30,000 nucleotides of DNA from Cedecea colo. GTDB taxonomy: Bacteria > Pseudomonadota > Gammaproteobacteria > Enterobacterales > Enterobacteriaceae. Every line of letters begins with the position of its first letter. The first letter of the stretch is position 1. The stretch is from positions 49,764 through 79,763 of the forward strand of contig NZ_SOYS01000006.1 in NCBI RefSeq assembly GCF_011808225.1, read 5' to 3'. Position numbers and translations under genes: made by a program. This document shows, in pieces, positions 18,073 through 25,450 of the stretch. The notes beneath the pieces were generated by a model. The model saw nothing but the letters and a program-made list of their open reading frames with translations, searched no databases and had not been told where the DNA came from.

Positions 18073-19137
18073 TTACTGTACGCGGGCCAGCGCGACGGCC
18101 TGGCCCAACTGCCAGACCGCCATCGCATAATGGGTGCTGTGGTTATAGCGGGTAATGGCATAGAAGTTTGGCAAGCCGTACCAGTACTGATAGCGGTCGC
18201 CCATATCCAGACGCAGCAGGCTGGCCTCCTGATGATCACCCAGCGAGCCTTGCGGACTTAAGCCAGACTGTTGCAGCGCAGAGACGGAATATTTTGTATT
18301 GAAGCCGTTTGCCAGCCCCGGCACCTGGCCGGTTGCCGGTACCGCCACCAAATCCTCTTTCACCCAGCCATGTCCTTTAAAGTAATTCGCCACGCTGCCA
18401 ATGGCGTCTTCCGGGTCCCATAGATTGACGTGGCCATCGCCGTTGAAATCAACCGCGTATTCCTTAAAGGAGGATGGCATAAACTGGCCGTAGCCCATCG
18501 CGCCTGCGAACGAGCCCTTCAGCGCCAGCGGGTCGTCGCCTTCGTTGCGCGCCATTAACAGGAAGGTTTCCAGCTCCCCGGAGAAATACTGGGCCCGGCG
18601 CGGATAAGCAAAGGAGAGCGTAGCCAGCGCATCAACAATCCTTGTTTTGCCCATTACGCGGCCCCAGCGGGTTTCTACGCCAATAATGCCTACGATAATT
18701 TCCGGCGGCACGCCGTAAACCTGGAAAGCACGCCTGAGCGCGTCGTCATATTGATTCCAGAACGCTACGCCGTTTTGCACGTTATCCGGCGTGATGAATT
18801 TACCGCGATAGCGTAACCATGCGCCGTTAGGCCCCGGTGGTGGAGCGGTGGTCGGCGCCTGCTGATCCATCAGTCGCAGCACGTAATTGAGTTTTTTAGC
18901 CTGCGACAGCACTTCATGCAGCTGCTGGCGGTCAAAGCCGTGCTCGCTCACCATCTTATCGATAAATTTTTCGGCCTCCGGGTTATAGGCAAAATCACCC
19001 GTCTGCATAAACACATTATGCTGCGGCTGGAGCAGGAAGCCGCCGGACTTTTGCTGAGTCTGCGGCTCGGTTTTCGGCTTACTGCTACAGGCGGATAACA
19101 AAACAAGCAGGGGAAGTAAGGCGGCTGAATAACGCAT
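18073..19137 (-). CDS. mltB: Membrane-bound lytic murein transglycosylase B (lipoprotein)
   Basis: 354 aa with lipobox LLSAC at residues 13-17. The protein is MltB-like throughout (AFWNQYDDALRRA...GIIGVETRWGR...GSFAGAMGYGQFMPSSF...DPEDAIGSVANYF). Confidence 0.9.
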   Translation of the reverse strand: MRYSAALLPLLVLLSACSSKPKTEPQTQQKSGGFLLQPQHNVFMQTGDFAYNPEAEKFIDKMVSEHGFDRQQLHEVLSQAKKLNYVLRLMDQQAPTTAPPPGPNGAWLRYRGKFITPDNVQNGVAFWNQYDDALRRAFQVYGVPPEIIVGIIGVETRWGRVMGKTRIVDALATLSFAYPRRAQYFSGELETFLLMARNEGDDPLALKGSFAGAMGYGQFMPSSFKEYAVDFNGDGHVNLWDPEDAIGSVANYFKGHGWVKEDLVAVPATGQVPGLANGFNTKYSVSALQQSGLSPQGSLGDHQEASLLRLDMGDRYQYWYGLPNFYAITRYNHSTHYAMAVWQLGQAVALARVQ

Positions 19138-19226
19138 GTGCTGGGATATCCGTGTGTCTGGCTGAAAGAGTATTACTTATGGTAAATCAAAACCGCAGCG
19201 CGGAGTATGGATCTGGCGATTTATAA

Positions 19227-19394
19227 CGCCCAGGGCGCGCCCAGGACTCTTATCAAAAATACACCAGCTACCTGCCAAACGACGTCAGCACCCGTTCGGT
19301 AAGCGCGCTGGCCGAAGCCGCCGCTCTGTCTGCGGTGTCCGACCTGCATAAAGCTGCGGGCGACACAGGCGTTGTAACGGCAAATAATCCTTAA
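19227..19394 (+). pseudogene. Orphan 3' fragment (55 codons) of a gene that preceded the adaptor gene; possibly an outer-membrane-factor C-terminus
   Basis: The frame opens directly after a TAA at 19224-19226 and has no start codon. It reads RPGRAQDSYQKYTSYLPNDVSTRSVSALAEAAALSAVSDLHKAAGDTGVVTANNP*. It ends 14 nt before the adaptor-fragment ATG, which is operon-like spacing. Family assignment is weak. Confidence 0.3.
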
Positions 19395-19408
19395 TAGCAG
19401 GAACAGGT

Positions 19409-19813
19409 ATGAACAATGTGAACAAAGGCTGGCGCAACGCTTGCGTGCTGACGGCGCTACCGGGAGTGACGCTGAGCACGCGCATCTTTGCCGCTGTCCC
19501 TGCGCCAGACGCAGCGGTGTCAGCTGTCACGGCGGCCCCGGAAGTAGCCGCTGCGCCTGAGGCTACTGCCGAAAGCGCTGCCGCACCGGTGCGTTTTCTG
19601 GTGATGGCGAACCAGGAAAGCCCGCTTTCCAGCGTGGTAGCTGGCCGCGTGGCACGCATTTATGTTAAGGAAGGTCAGGGGATCGGCGCTGGCGCTCAGG
19701 TTATCGATCTGGTGAGCAACGGCACCCGTAAGGCGCGCTTGAACTCCCATGACATCAATACCAGTGATTCCAGCGCCCCAGAGACTACGATTAACATAAT
19801 TTCATCATTCTGA
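19409..19813 (+). pseudogene. Truncated efflux periplasmic adaptor (HlyD/RND-MFP family), N-terminal ~105 codons only
   Basis: An Ala/Pro-rich linker is followed by the start of the lipoyl-like hairpin (ESPLSSVVAGRVARIYVKEGQGIGAGAQVIDL), typical of MFP N-termini. Full-length family members are more than 300 aa. Similarity ends near 19715-19745, and the last ~25 codons (NSHDINTSDSSAPETTINIISSF*) look unrelated. Confidence 0.55.
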
Positions 19814-20128
19814 CAGCCTGGGAGAAAGCTCTCTCAGGCCATACCGTTCGTTAAAACGTCCGACAATGTGAATGGTGTCGATCAGCGTATCCCCATCTTC
19901 ACAGATGGGGATCTTTCCCAAGGAACTCAACGAATACGCGTAATCGGGATTATCCCAGGGTTTGAGTTCACTCGTCTCATAATCCGCCCCCATCGCTGTG
20001 AGAGCCGCCGCCAGGATCCTCACGTATGGGCTACCCCGCGCGCCAAACAGCGTGTTTATGCCACCCCCATTGACGATTCGTCGATCGCCTGCGAGCAACT
20101 CCGAGCGCACTTCGCCGCCTGGGTGCAA
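19805..20128 (-). CDS. Glutathione S-transferase N-terminal (thioredoxin-fold) domain protein; probably 3'-truncated; start uncertain
   Basis: LFGARGSPYVRILAAALTAMGADYE...LSSLGKIPICEDGDTLIDTIHIVGRFNERYG follows the GST_N pattern (SP..R, G..YE, GK.P, D.I.I..Y). The alpha-helical C-domain is absent. The reading frame stops about 10 codons into the inter-domain linker, at the composition junction. The only candidate starts (TTG 20128, GTG 20110, TTG 20098) overlap the upstream gene by 43-73 nt. Confidence 0.5.
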   Translation of the reverse strand: MHPGGEVRSELLAGDRRIVNGGGINTLFGARGSPYVRILAAALTAMGADYETSELKPWDNPDYAYSLSSLGKIPICEDGDTLIDTIHIVGRFNERYGLRELSPRLSE

Positions 20129-21573
20129 ATAATGTCCATCGCGCTGGTGAAGAGATTGACGCCGCAGGTGACTTCTCCCGTGGCAAACAAGCGAGAAGAC
20201 GCTCTTCCCCGGTCGTCGAGAACCCTGTTATCGTGCGTGACGTTGATTCCCCCATACTTATGCTGCTCGACGATCCCTTTGGAAAGGAGGTTCTTGAATA
20301 GAGCGGAATCTGTTTGTGCCAAACGTCGCGGGCTTCCCATAGCCTTCACAATATAATCCACATCAAAGGTCTCACCCGCGCACTCGATGAAATGTCTTCC
20401 ATCACGTGCCGTCATCACCGCATCGCCGACGATGAATGCAACCTTGCCGCTGTTGACCAGCTCCAGGATTTTCACCGCGTTCTCCCGGGGGATTGAAACC
20501 CTCATAGAGATCGCCGGAGATAAATATTCATTGAAGAACATATCCTTTTCACTTTCATCAAGGGAGTTCCAGATGAGACTCAGCATCGAGTTGGTATTGT
20601 AAATGATCGCCTGCCACCCTCTCGGCCCCAACGACAAGGACAACTCGTTTGACAAATGCTCAGCCAGACAAGTGATAGGCGGAGGAGGAAACGACAGGGG
20701 CTCAAGCTGATCTTCGTTATTTCCACGGTAATACTCAAGTTCTCGGACGAAGAGGTGGCCAATATCTGACAAGCGGAGGGGACGATCCAACCCGTCGATA
20801 AGCTCCTGTATTATGGCAGGATTGAGGTACCGACACTCATACCGCCCTTGCGTGCCACGCACCCACGGAAAGTAGCCACTCCTCGAGAAAATGGATATTT
20901 TCCCTTGATGCCCCGCCTCGGCCAAGCCGATCACGGTGTCAATAGCCCCCAGCCTCGATCCGATGATTCCCACGCTCGCCTCTCTCTGGATGGCGTTCAC
21001 CACTTTCTTCACGGGATAGGGGTCATTGAATATAGTGTCATCAGCTACCTGATCCTTGTCTGCTTTCAGCGTCCCACACGCGAGGACCACGCAGTCCACA
21101 GCGTAACTCCCGCCACAGCGCGTCTTGACCTGGAACACATCGCCGTCAGGCTCCAGATCAACGACCTCCGCGTGTATGTTAACGACCTGAATGCCATTCA
21201 ACAGCGCGTACTTGCTTCTGTCTCTGAAGCTGTATTTCATGTATTTACCAAACAGTGCACGGGGTACGTAATCGTCCGGGCCGTACAGCCGGGGGAACTC
21301 AACGAGCAGATCGCCTTGATTATCGAGGTACCACGCGTAAAAATCCCCCGGCTTACCGTTTATTGCAGTAATATATCCGGCTTTGGTATTCAGGATATTT
21401 GACTCAACATCTCTCGGGCCATAAGCATTTCCTGGACCAAGGTAATCACTTTTATCGAATACATAAATGACGATCTGCTTCCCCGGTGCTTTTTCCATTT
21501 TAGTGAACTCGTTAATAAACGAAATAGCAGAAGCGCCACCGCCAACAAGTCCAATATATTTCCTTTCCTGCAT
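20056..21573 (-). CDS. FAD/NAD(P)-binding oxidoreductase (two-dinucleotide-binding-domain flavoprotein, NAD_binding_9-like); possible monooxygenase
   Basis: 505 aa. The N-terminal Rossmann motif is IGLVGGGASAISF and a second is VGIIGSRLGAID. The C-terminal ATGE motif (LFATGEVT) is typical of FAD-binding folds. Confidence 0.75.
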   Translation of the reverse strand: MQERKYIGLVGGGASAISFINEFTKMEKAPGKQIVIYVFDKSDYLGPGNAYGPRDVESNILNTKAGYITAINGKPGDFYAWYLDNQGDLLVEFPRLYGPDDYVPRALFGKYMKYSFRDRSKYALLNGIQVVNIHAEVVDLEPDGDVFQVKTRCGGSYAVDCVVLACGTLKADKDQVADDTIFNDPYPVKKVVNAIQREASVGIIGSRLGAIDTVIGLAEAGHQGKISIFSRSGYFPWVRGTQGRYECRYLNPAIIQELIDGLDRPLRLSDIGHLFVRELEYYRGNNEDQLEPLSFPPPPITCLAEHLSNELSLSLGPRGWQAIIYNTNSMLSLIWNSLDESEKDMFFNEYLSPAISMRVSIPRENAVKILELVNSGKVAFIVGDAVMTARDGRHFIECAGETFDVDYIVKAMGSPRRLAQTDSALFKNLLSKGIVEQHKYGGINVTHDNRVLDDRGRASSRLFATGEVTCGVNLFTSAMDIICTQAAKCARSCSQAIDESSMGVA

Positions 21574-21595
21574 CTGATGATATCCCTTTCAATTG

Positions 21596-23014
21596 TCATC
21601 CAAATATATTTTGTAAATCGCCCATGGTGCATCCAGGATATATTTCCCTGACGATGATACGTCCATCTTTTACCAGTTCGAAAACTGCGCGCTCAGTAAT
21701 AATCAGCACCTCCTGAACGTTGGAGGCCTCTGTGCGCTTTCGGTCATAAGTTACTTGCCTCACTTCATCGACAAACTTCCTTATTCTTCCCTCTTCAAGG
21801 ATTCTGATCTCTTCACCGTCTTTCTCGACCCGCAGCCCTCCCGTACTGGAAGTACCGCAGAAGACAATCTTCCTGGCCGTCTGGGTTATATTGATGAATC
21901 CCCCAGCCCCGGTGAGTCGGGAACCAAACCGACTGGCGTTGACGCAGCCAGATCGGTCTATTTCTGCGAAACCGAGGAACGCGGTATCGATACCCCCGCC
22001 ATCATAGAAAGTGAATAATGCAGACTGTTCCATGATTGCCGTCGGTGAGTCGGCATACCCGAATGACTGCCCGTGCCATGGAGTCCCGCCAATAGCCCCA
22101 GATTCAATAGTCGTACTCATCGCCCCTGGGTCATTGATGAATCGACTGATGAGCGCCGGGATTCCAATCCCGAAGTTGACGACCCCATGAACCGGAACCT
22201 CCCTACTGGCGCGTTCTGCGATTATCAGGTCATGCAACTCAGGCTCGGGCATAAGTTCCTGCATGCCCAGGTGTCCATACGATGGATAGTGGCGTCCCTC
22301 ACCTTCGACGACGATATAATCGACAAGGAAACCAGGGATCCTTACGTCACGGGGGAGTATGCCCTGCGCCGCGATACTCTCTACCTGGACGATCACCTTT
22401 CCGCCACATTTTCTCACTGCCATGGCCTGGGCACAGGCGTCGTGGAATGCGGCTTCACCGCCCATGTCGATATTACCCATACGATCGGCTCTGGTCCCGC
22501 GCAGCAGGGCAAAATCCACCGACAGAGACGGATACATCAGATACTCCTTACCATCCAGTTCCCTGAGGGAAACAAGGCTCTCTCCCTCGTATATGACGCC
22601 ACCCTCCAGACGGGGATCCACGAAGGTTCCCAGTCCGATTCTGGTCAGCACACCAGGGCTTCCGGATGCTATTTCCGTAAAAAGTTTGCTGACCACCCCT
22701 TGCGGCCAGTTATGCCCCTCGATTTTACCCTCCAGCACTTTTCCGGTGAGTTTCGGACAAAGCCCCCAGTATCCCCCGACTGCGAAACTTACCATACCGT
22801 CGTGAGAAAACCGATTTAGCCCCTCGCTACACGACTCTCCGGCCCCTGACGCGAACAGCAGACCAAGGTCGCGTGGGTGGCCGGTTTCGAGGAATCTTTT
22901 CTCAATAGCCTGCGTCAGCTCATCCGGGTGACCACAACTTCCGAATCCCCCAGGGATTATGGTCGCTCCACTACGAATTAGCGCCGCCGCCCGCTCCCTG
23001 CTTACGATCTCCAT
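21596..23014 (-). CDS. Family I CoA-transferase, fused alpha/beta subunits (acyl-CoA:acetate/3-ketoacid CoA-transferase, YdiF-like)
   Basis: 472 aa. It is collinear with E. coli YdiF as recalled (HNWPQGV..., GLGTFVDPR..GG, VRIPGFLVDYIVV, FYDGGGIDTAFLGFAEIDRSGCVN, GAGGFINI, ITERAVF). A glutamate sits at the catalytic-motif position (TIESGAIGG versus YdiF VETGPIGG). Confidence 0.85.
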   Translation of the reverse strand: MEIVSRERAAALIRSGATIIPGGFGSCGHPDELTQAIEKRFLETGHPRDLGLLFASGAGESCSEGLNRFSHDGMVSFAVGGYWGLCPKLTGKVLEGKIEGHNWPQGVVSKLFTEIASGSPGVLTRIGLGTFVDPRLEGGVIYEGESLVSLRELDGKEYLMYPSLSVDFALLRGTRADRMGNIDMGGEAAFHDACAQAMAVRKCGGKVIVQVESIAAQGILPRDVRIPGFLVDYIVVEGEGRHYPSYGHLGMQELMPEPELHDLIIAERASREVPVHGVVNFGIGIPALISRFINDPGAMSTTIESGAIGGTPWHGQSFGYADSPTAIMEQSALFTFYDGGGIDTAFLGFAEIDRSGCVNASRFGSRLTGAGGFINITQTARKIVFCGTSSTGGLRVEKDGEEIRILEEGRIRKFVDEVRQVTYDRKRTEASNVQEVLIITERAVFELVKDGRIIVREIYPGCTMGDLQNIFG

Positions 23015-23020
23015 TTCGCA

Positions 23021-23419
23021 TCACTCTTTAAGCTGTTTCACAGGGACATAACGGGAAGCAAGGATCACACATCCCCCCATGGAGGCCATGCTGTGGCAGG
23101 TTCCCGGGGCACGGACAATCAGAGAGCCGGGCAGGAACGTCTGCCCGTTCTCGATATAGTCCCCTTGGATCACCAAAACGGATTCGAACCCCATGTGTAC
23201 ATGCCCTGGCACATAGGCTCCGGCCTGGTACCGCAAGAACGCCATATCGGCCCCCTTCGGGTCCTCTTTCGTATTATCAAAGATGACGGCAATATCCACC
23301 CCCTCTCTCAACCCCACCTGATAAGGCTCAAATATAAGTCCTTCAGGTAAGGGGATATCTCCACCAAAGTCGAACTTGGTGATAAAATCTCTGGTTTCCG
23401 GGGGAGTTTTAAATTCCAT
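23021..23419 (-). CDS. Small cupin-domain protein (ChrR-like cupin)
   Basis: 132 aa. The cupin motifs are GAYVPGHVHMGFESVLVIQGDY and PGSLIVRAPGTCH. Its stop lies 6 nt upstream of the CoA-transferase start. Confidence 0.7.
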   Translation of the reverse strand: MEFKTPPETRDFITKFDFGGDIPLPEGLIFEPYQVGLREGVDIAVIFDNTKEDPKGADMAFLRYQAGAYVPGHVHMGFESVLVIQGDYIENGQTFLPGSLIVRAPGTCHSMASMGGCVILASRYVPVKQLKE

Positions 23420-23431
23420 TTTATATTCTTC

Positions 23432-23824
23432 CTATTTCTGGTTAGCGAGAGTCCTGTTGTATTGCGTGATACCGTTGAACCCCCAATTATTTCCTTCAAC
23501 TTCGATTATCGAGATATAACAGGGGAAGCTATCTCCGGTCTTAAAATAGTTGTTCATGACTTTCCATGTACTTTCTATCCATTCAACTTTCTCGCTCTCG
23601 TTATTGGTACCGGTGGTGATTTTTATTTCAACATCGAAAGGGAATGTTCCCTTCGGCCGTTTTCCCAGATTAAAAAAGTCAGCATGGCCAGCCACGAATT
23701 TGACGACGGTGACTTGTTCCCTTTTATTCAGTAACCTGGATGTTAAGTTGACAATCTCTTCTGAGATACTCGCCTTCGCGCTATCGGAAATCTGCTCCGG
23801 CAAGGTGACAGTGACTATTGGCAC
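23432..23824 (-). CDS. Tautomerase-superfamily protein, two fused beta-alpha-beta units, N-terminal Pro-1
   Basis: 130 aa. The GTG start at 23824 is followed directly by CCA, giving (M)PIVTVTLPEQISDSAKASISEEIVNLTSRLL...VTVVKF, a 4-OT-like first unit. The second unit ends ...CYISIIEVEGNNWGFNG, the typical E...NWG.gG tail. A GGAGG SD lies inside the end of the upstream gene. Confidence 0.75.
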   Translation of the reverse strand: MPIVTVTLPEQISDSAKASISEEIVNLTSRLLNKREQVTVVKFVAGHADFFNLGKRPKGTFPFDVEIKITTGTNNESEKVEWIESTWKVMNNYFKTGDSFPCYISIIEVEGNNWGFNGITQYNRTLANQK

Positions 23825-24379
23825 TTAGCCTCCCCGTGCTTTCTGCTGTTCAATTGCCACAGGCTTTGTCGGACATGAACCAACCCAGTACGAAGGGTAC
23901 CTGTCACCACTTCGGAGGTTATTCAAAATAAGGGCCACGGCAACCAAGGTCACGGCGCCAATCAGCACCGGCGCAATCAAGAAATCCCAGTTGTAGATCC
24001 CAGACATGAATATTACCAAGGGGTTAGCACCGGCCGGTGCATGCGTGACCCTCAGGACCTGCATCGCGGCAATGGCGCAACCAACAGACAGCGCCATTAC
24101 CATGGTTGAGTCACCAAACAGGTTGATGAAAACCAGCCCCGATAACGCCGAAACGAGGTGACCTAACACGACACTCCTTGGCTGGGCCAACGGGGAGCCA
24201 GGCAGGGCAAAAAGCAGAACACAGGTCGCACCGAAAGGCGCGATTATCCATGGGGTGCCGCTCCATATTCCCAGCGACGCGACTGCGAATATACCCAAAG
24301 TACCACCGATAAATCCCCTAACCACTTCGTATATCCCCGCGGGGGGAGTCAGTTTGCCGCCCCCTGATAACTTTCCCAT
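23825..24379 (-). CDS. HPP-family integral membrane protein (signature variant HAPAGA)
   Basis: 184 aa with about 4 TM segments. It reads GATCVLLFALPGSPLAQPRSVVLGH...RVTHAPAGANPLV, where the canonical family motif is HPPAGA. An AAGGA SD lies 8 nt upstream. The stop abuts the tautomerase start with zero gap. Confidence 0.75.
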   Translation of the reverse strand: MGKLSGGGKLTPPAGIYEVVRGFIGGTLGIFAVASLGIWSGTPWIIAPFGATCVLLFALPGSPLAQPRSVVLGHLVSALSGLVFINLFGDSTMVMALSVGCAIAAMQVLRVTHAPAGANPLVIFMSGIYNWDFLIAPVLIGAVTLVAVALILNNLRSGDRYPSYWVGSCPTKPVAIEQQKARGG

Positions 24380-24456
24380 ATCAACATCCTTGGTTAAAAA
24401 ATATTTACCAAAGCAGTATTTAAACTGCCATCGATTCGGTTTACATTATATGTCTA

Positions 24457-24476
24457 GGTTTACAGATCTGTAAACC
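24457..24476. promoter_or_regulatory. Perfect 20-bp palindrome, candidate TetR operator in the divergent promoter region
   Basis: GGTTTACAGATCTGTAAACC is its own reverse complement. The half-site GGTTTACA recurs at 24438-24445, followed by a degenerate right half. The palindrome is 52 nt upstream of the TetR ATG and 78 nt upstream of the HPP gene ATG. Confidence 0.55.
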
Positions 24477-24528
24477 CACGTAAAGTAGACGTTAACGAAA
24501 ACACTTTGTCAATAGATTGGTTACGAAA

Positions 24529-25089
24529 ATGTCAGAAAAAAGCGCGAAAGTCAGGATCCTTGATGCTGCAGAGAATCTGTTCAATACCTATGGTTTTCAT
24601 GCGGTAGGGATAGATAGAATTCGAGATATTTCAGGGATTTCTAAAGTTACTATGTACAAGCATTTCAGCAGCAAAAATGATCTCATCCTGGCCGTGTTGA
24701 ACAGAAGGGACGAGAGGTTCCAACAGTCACTATCGCACCGTGTCTCTGAGTTTTCCTCGTTGAAGGAGAAGCTCAATGCGATCGTCGACTGGCACTTTGA
24801 ATGGTTCAAGTCTCCCGAATTCAACGGGTGCATGTTTGTCTCAGCTGATAAGGAGTTCGGAAAAACTGACAGCGACATTAAAGCCGTTACCAGGCTCCAT
24901 AAATCTCGGATATATGATTTTGTAAAAGGTATCCTCGATGGGGAGGGCGCTGAAAATTCTGCGCTGCAGGCGAGCATTCTTTTTCTTTTTTTGGAAGGCG
25001 CGATCACTGAGGCTGCCGTCATGGGCAGTACAAATCACTTTGTGAATGGCTGGCAATGCGTGTTAAATTCTCTCACTCTACCGTCCTGA
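24529..25089 (+). CDS. TetR/AcrR-family transcriptional regulator
   Basis: 186 aa from the ATG at 24529 (MSEKSAKVRILDAAENLFNTYGFHAVGIDRIRDISGISKVTMYKHFSSKNDLILAV = TetR_N HTH). It is divergent from the six-gene operon. The track ORF starts 4 codons earlier at a TTG. Confidence 0.85.
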   Translation: MSEKSAKVRILDAAENLFNTYGFHAVGIDRIRDISGISKVTMYKHFSSKNDLILAVLNRRDERFQQSLSHRVSEFSSLKEKLNAIVDWHFEWFKSPEFNGCMFVSADKEFGKTDSDIKAVTRLHKSRIYDFVKGILDGEGAENSALQASILFLFLEGAITEAAVMGSTNHFVNGWQCVLNSLTLPS

Positions 25090-25298
25090 AACGGCCCGAT
25101 AGCATCAATGCCCGACTGCCCGTCGATGCTGAAATGATTGATCGCCCATTTGGTATGGTTGATGGCCTTCATGGTGCCCCGATGGCAAGAGGGCTCATTC
25201 CCGCCATCGGGCATATTTCCCAAAGCAGTGACTGTAATTAAAATTGTGTAATTGCCTGATTTTGATATGTTCACTCCAACAACGGAGACCGGCGAATT

Positions 25299-25450
25299 AT
25301 GGACGAAAAAAACTTAAATCACCGGCGGCTGAACTGGCTAAGGGCCTGAAAACCGAAGCCGACTCAACCAGTTTTCCCGCATGCTCACGAAGCTAAATGC
25401 TGAGCTAAAGGACTACCTCGGGCATAAGAAAAACGCCCCCAGAACAGGCT
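25299..25450 (+). mobile_element. Decayed 5' fragment (~50 codons) of an IS256-family (Mutator-type) transposase gene
   Basis: Allowing two 1-nt frameshifts and one ~18-nt deletion, it reads MDEKKLKS.AAELAKGLKTEADLNQFSRMLTKL[..]NAELKDYLGHKKNAPRTGS. This matches the N-terminus of enterobacterial IS256-family transposases as I recall them (MDEKKLKALAAELAKGLKTEADLNQFSRMLTKLTVETALNAELTDHLGHEKNAPKTGS). No intact ORF or identifiable inverted repeats. Confidence 0.65.

Noticed and set aside
19285-19750. Minus-strand ORFs 19285-19659 (124 aa) and 19520-19750 (76 aa).
   Set aside because: These are antisense readings of the Ala-rich adaptor fragment (GCN repeats read open in several frames). No motifs or plausible start context are present.
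20848-22819. Plus-strand ORFs of 184 aa (20848-21402) and 248 aa (22073-22819) antisense to the flavoprotein and CoA-transferase genes.
   Set aside because: The minus-strand genes carry clear family motifs over their full length. The antisense translations carry none.
25035-25274. A 79-aa minus-strand ORF (MNISKSGNYTILITVTALGNMPDGGNEPSCHRGTMKAINHTKW...) between the TetR gene and the IS fragment.
   Set aside because: It starts at a GTG without a usable SD and overlaps the TetR 3' end by 55 nt. I could not match it to any family. It may be a fragment of something or the IS left-end region. A BLASTP/HHpred check would be cheap, but I cannot support it as a gene.
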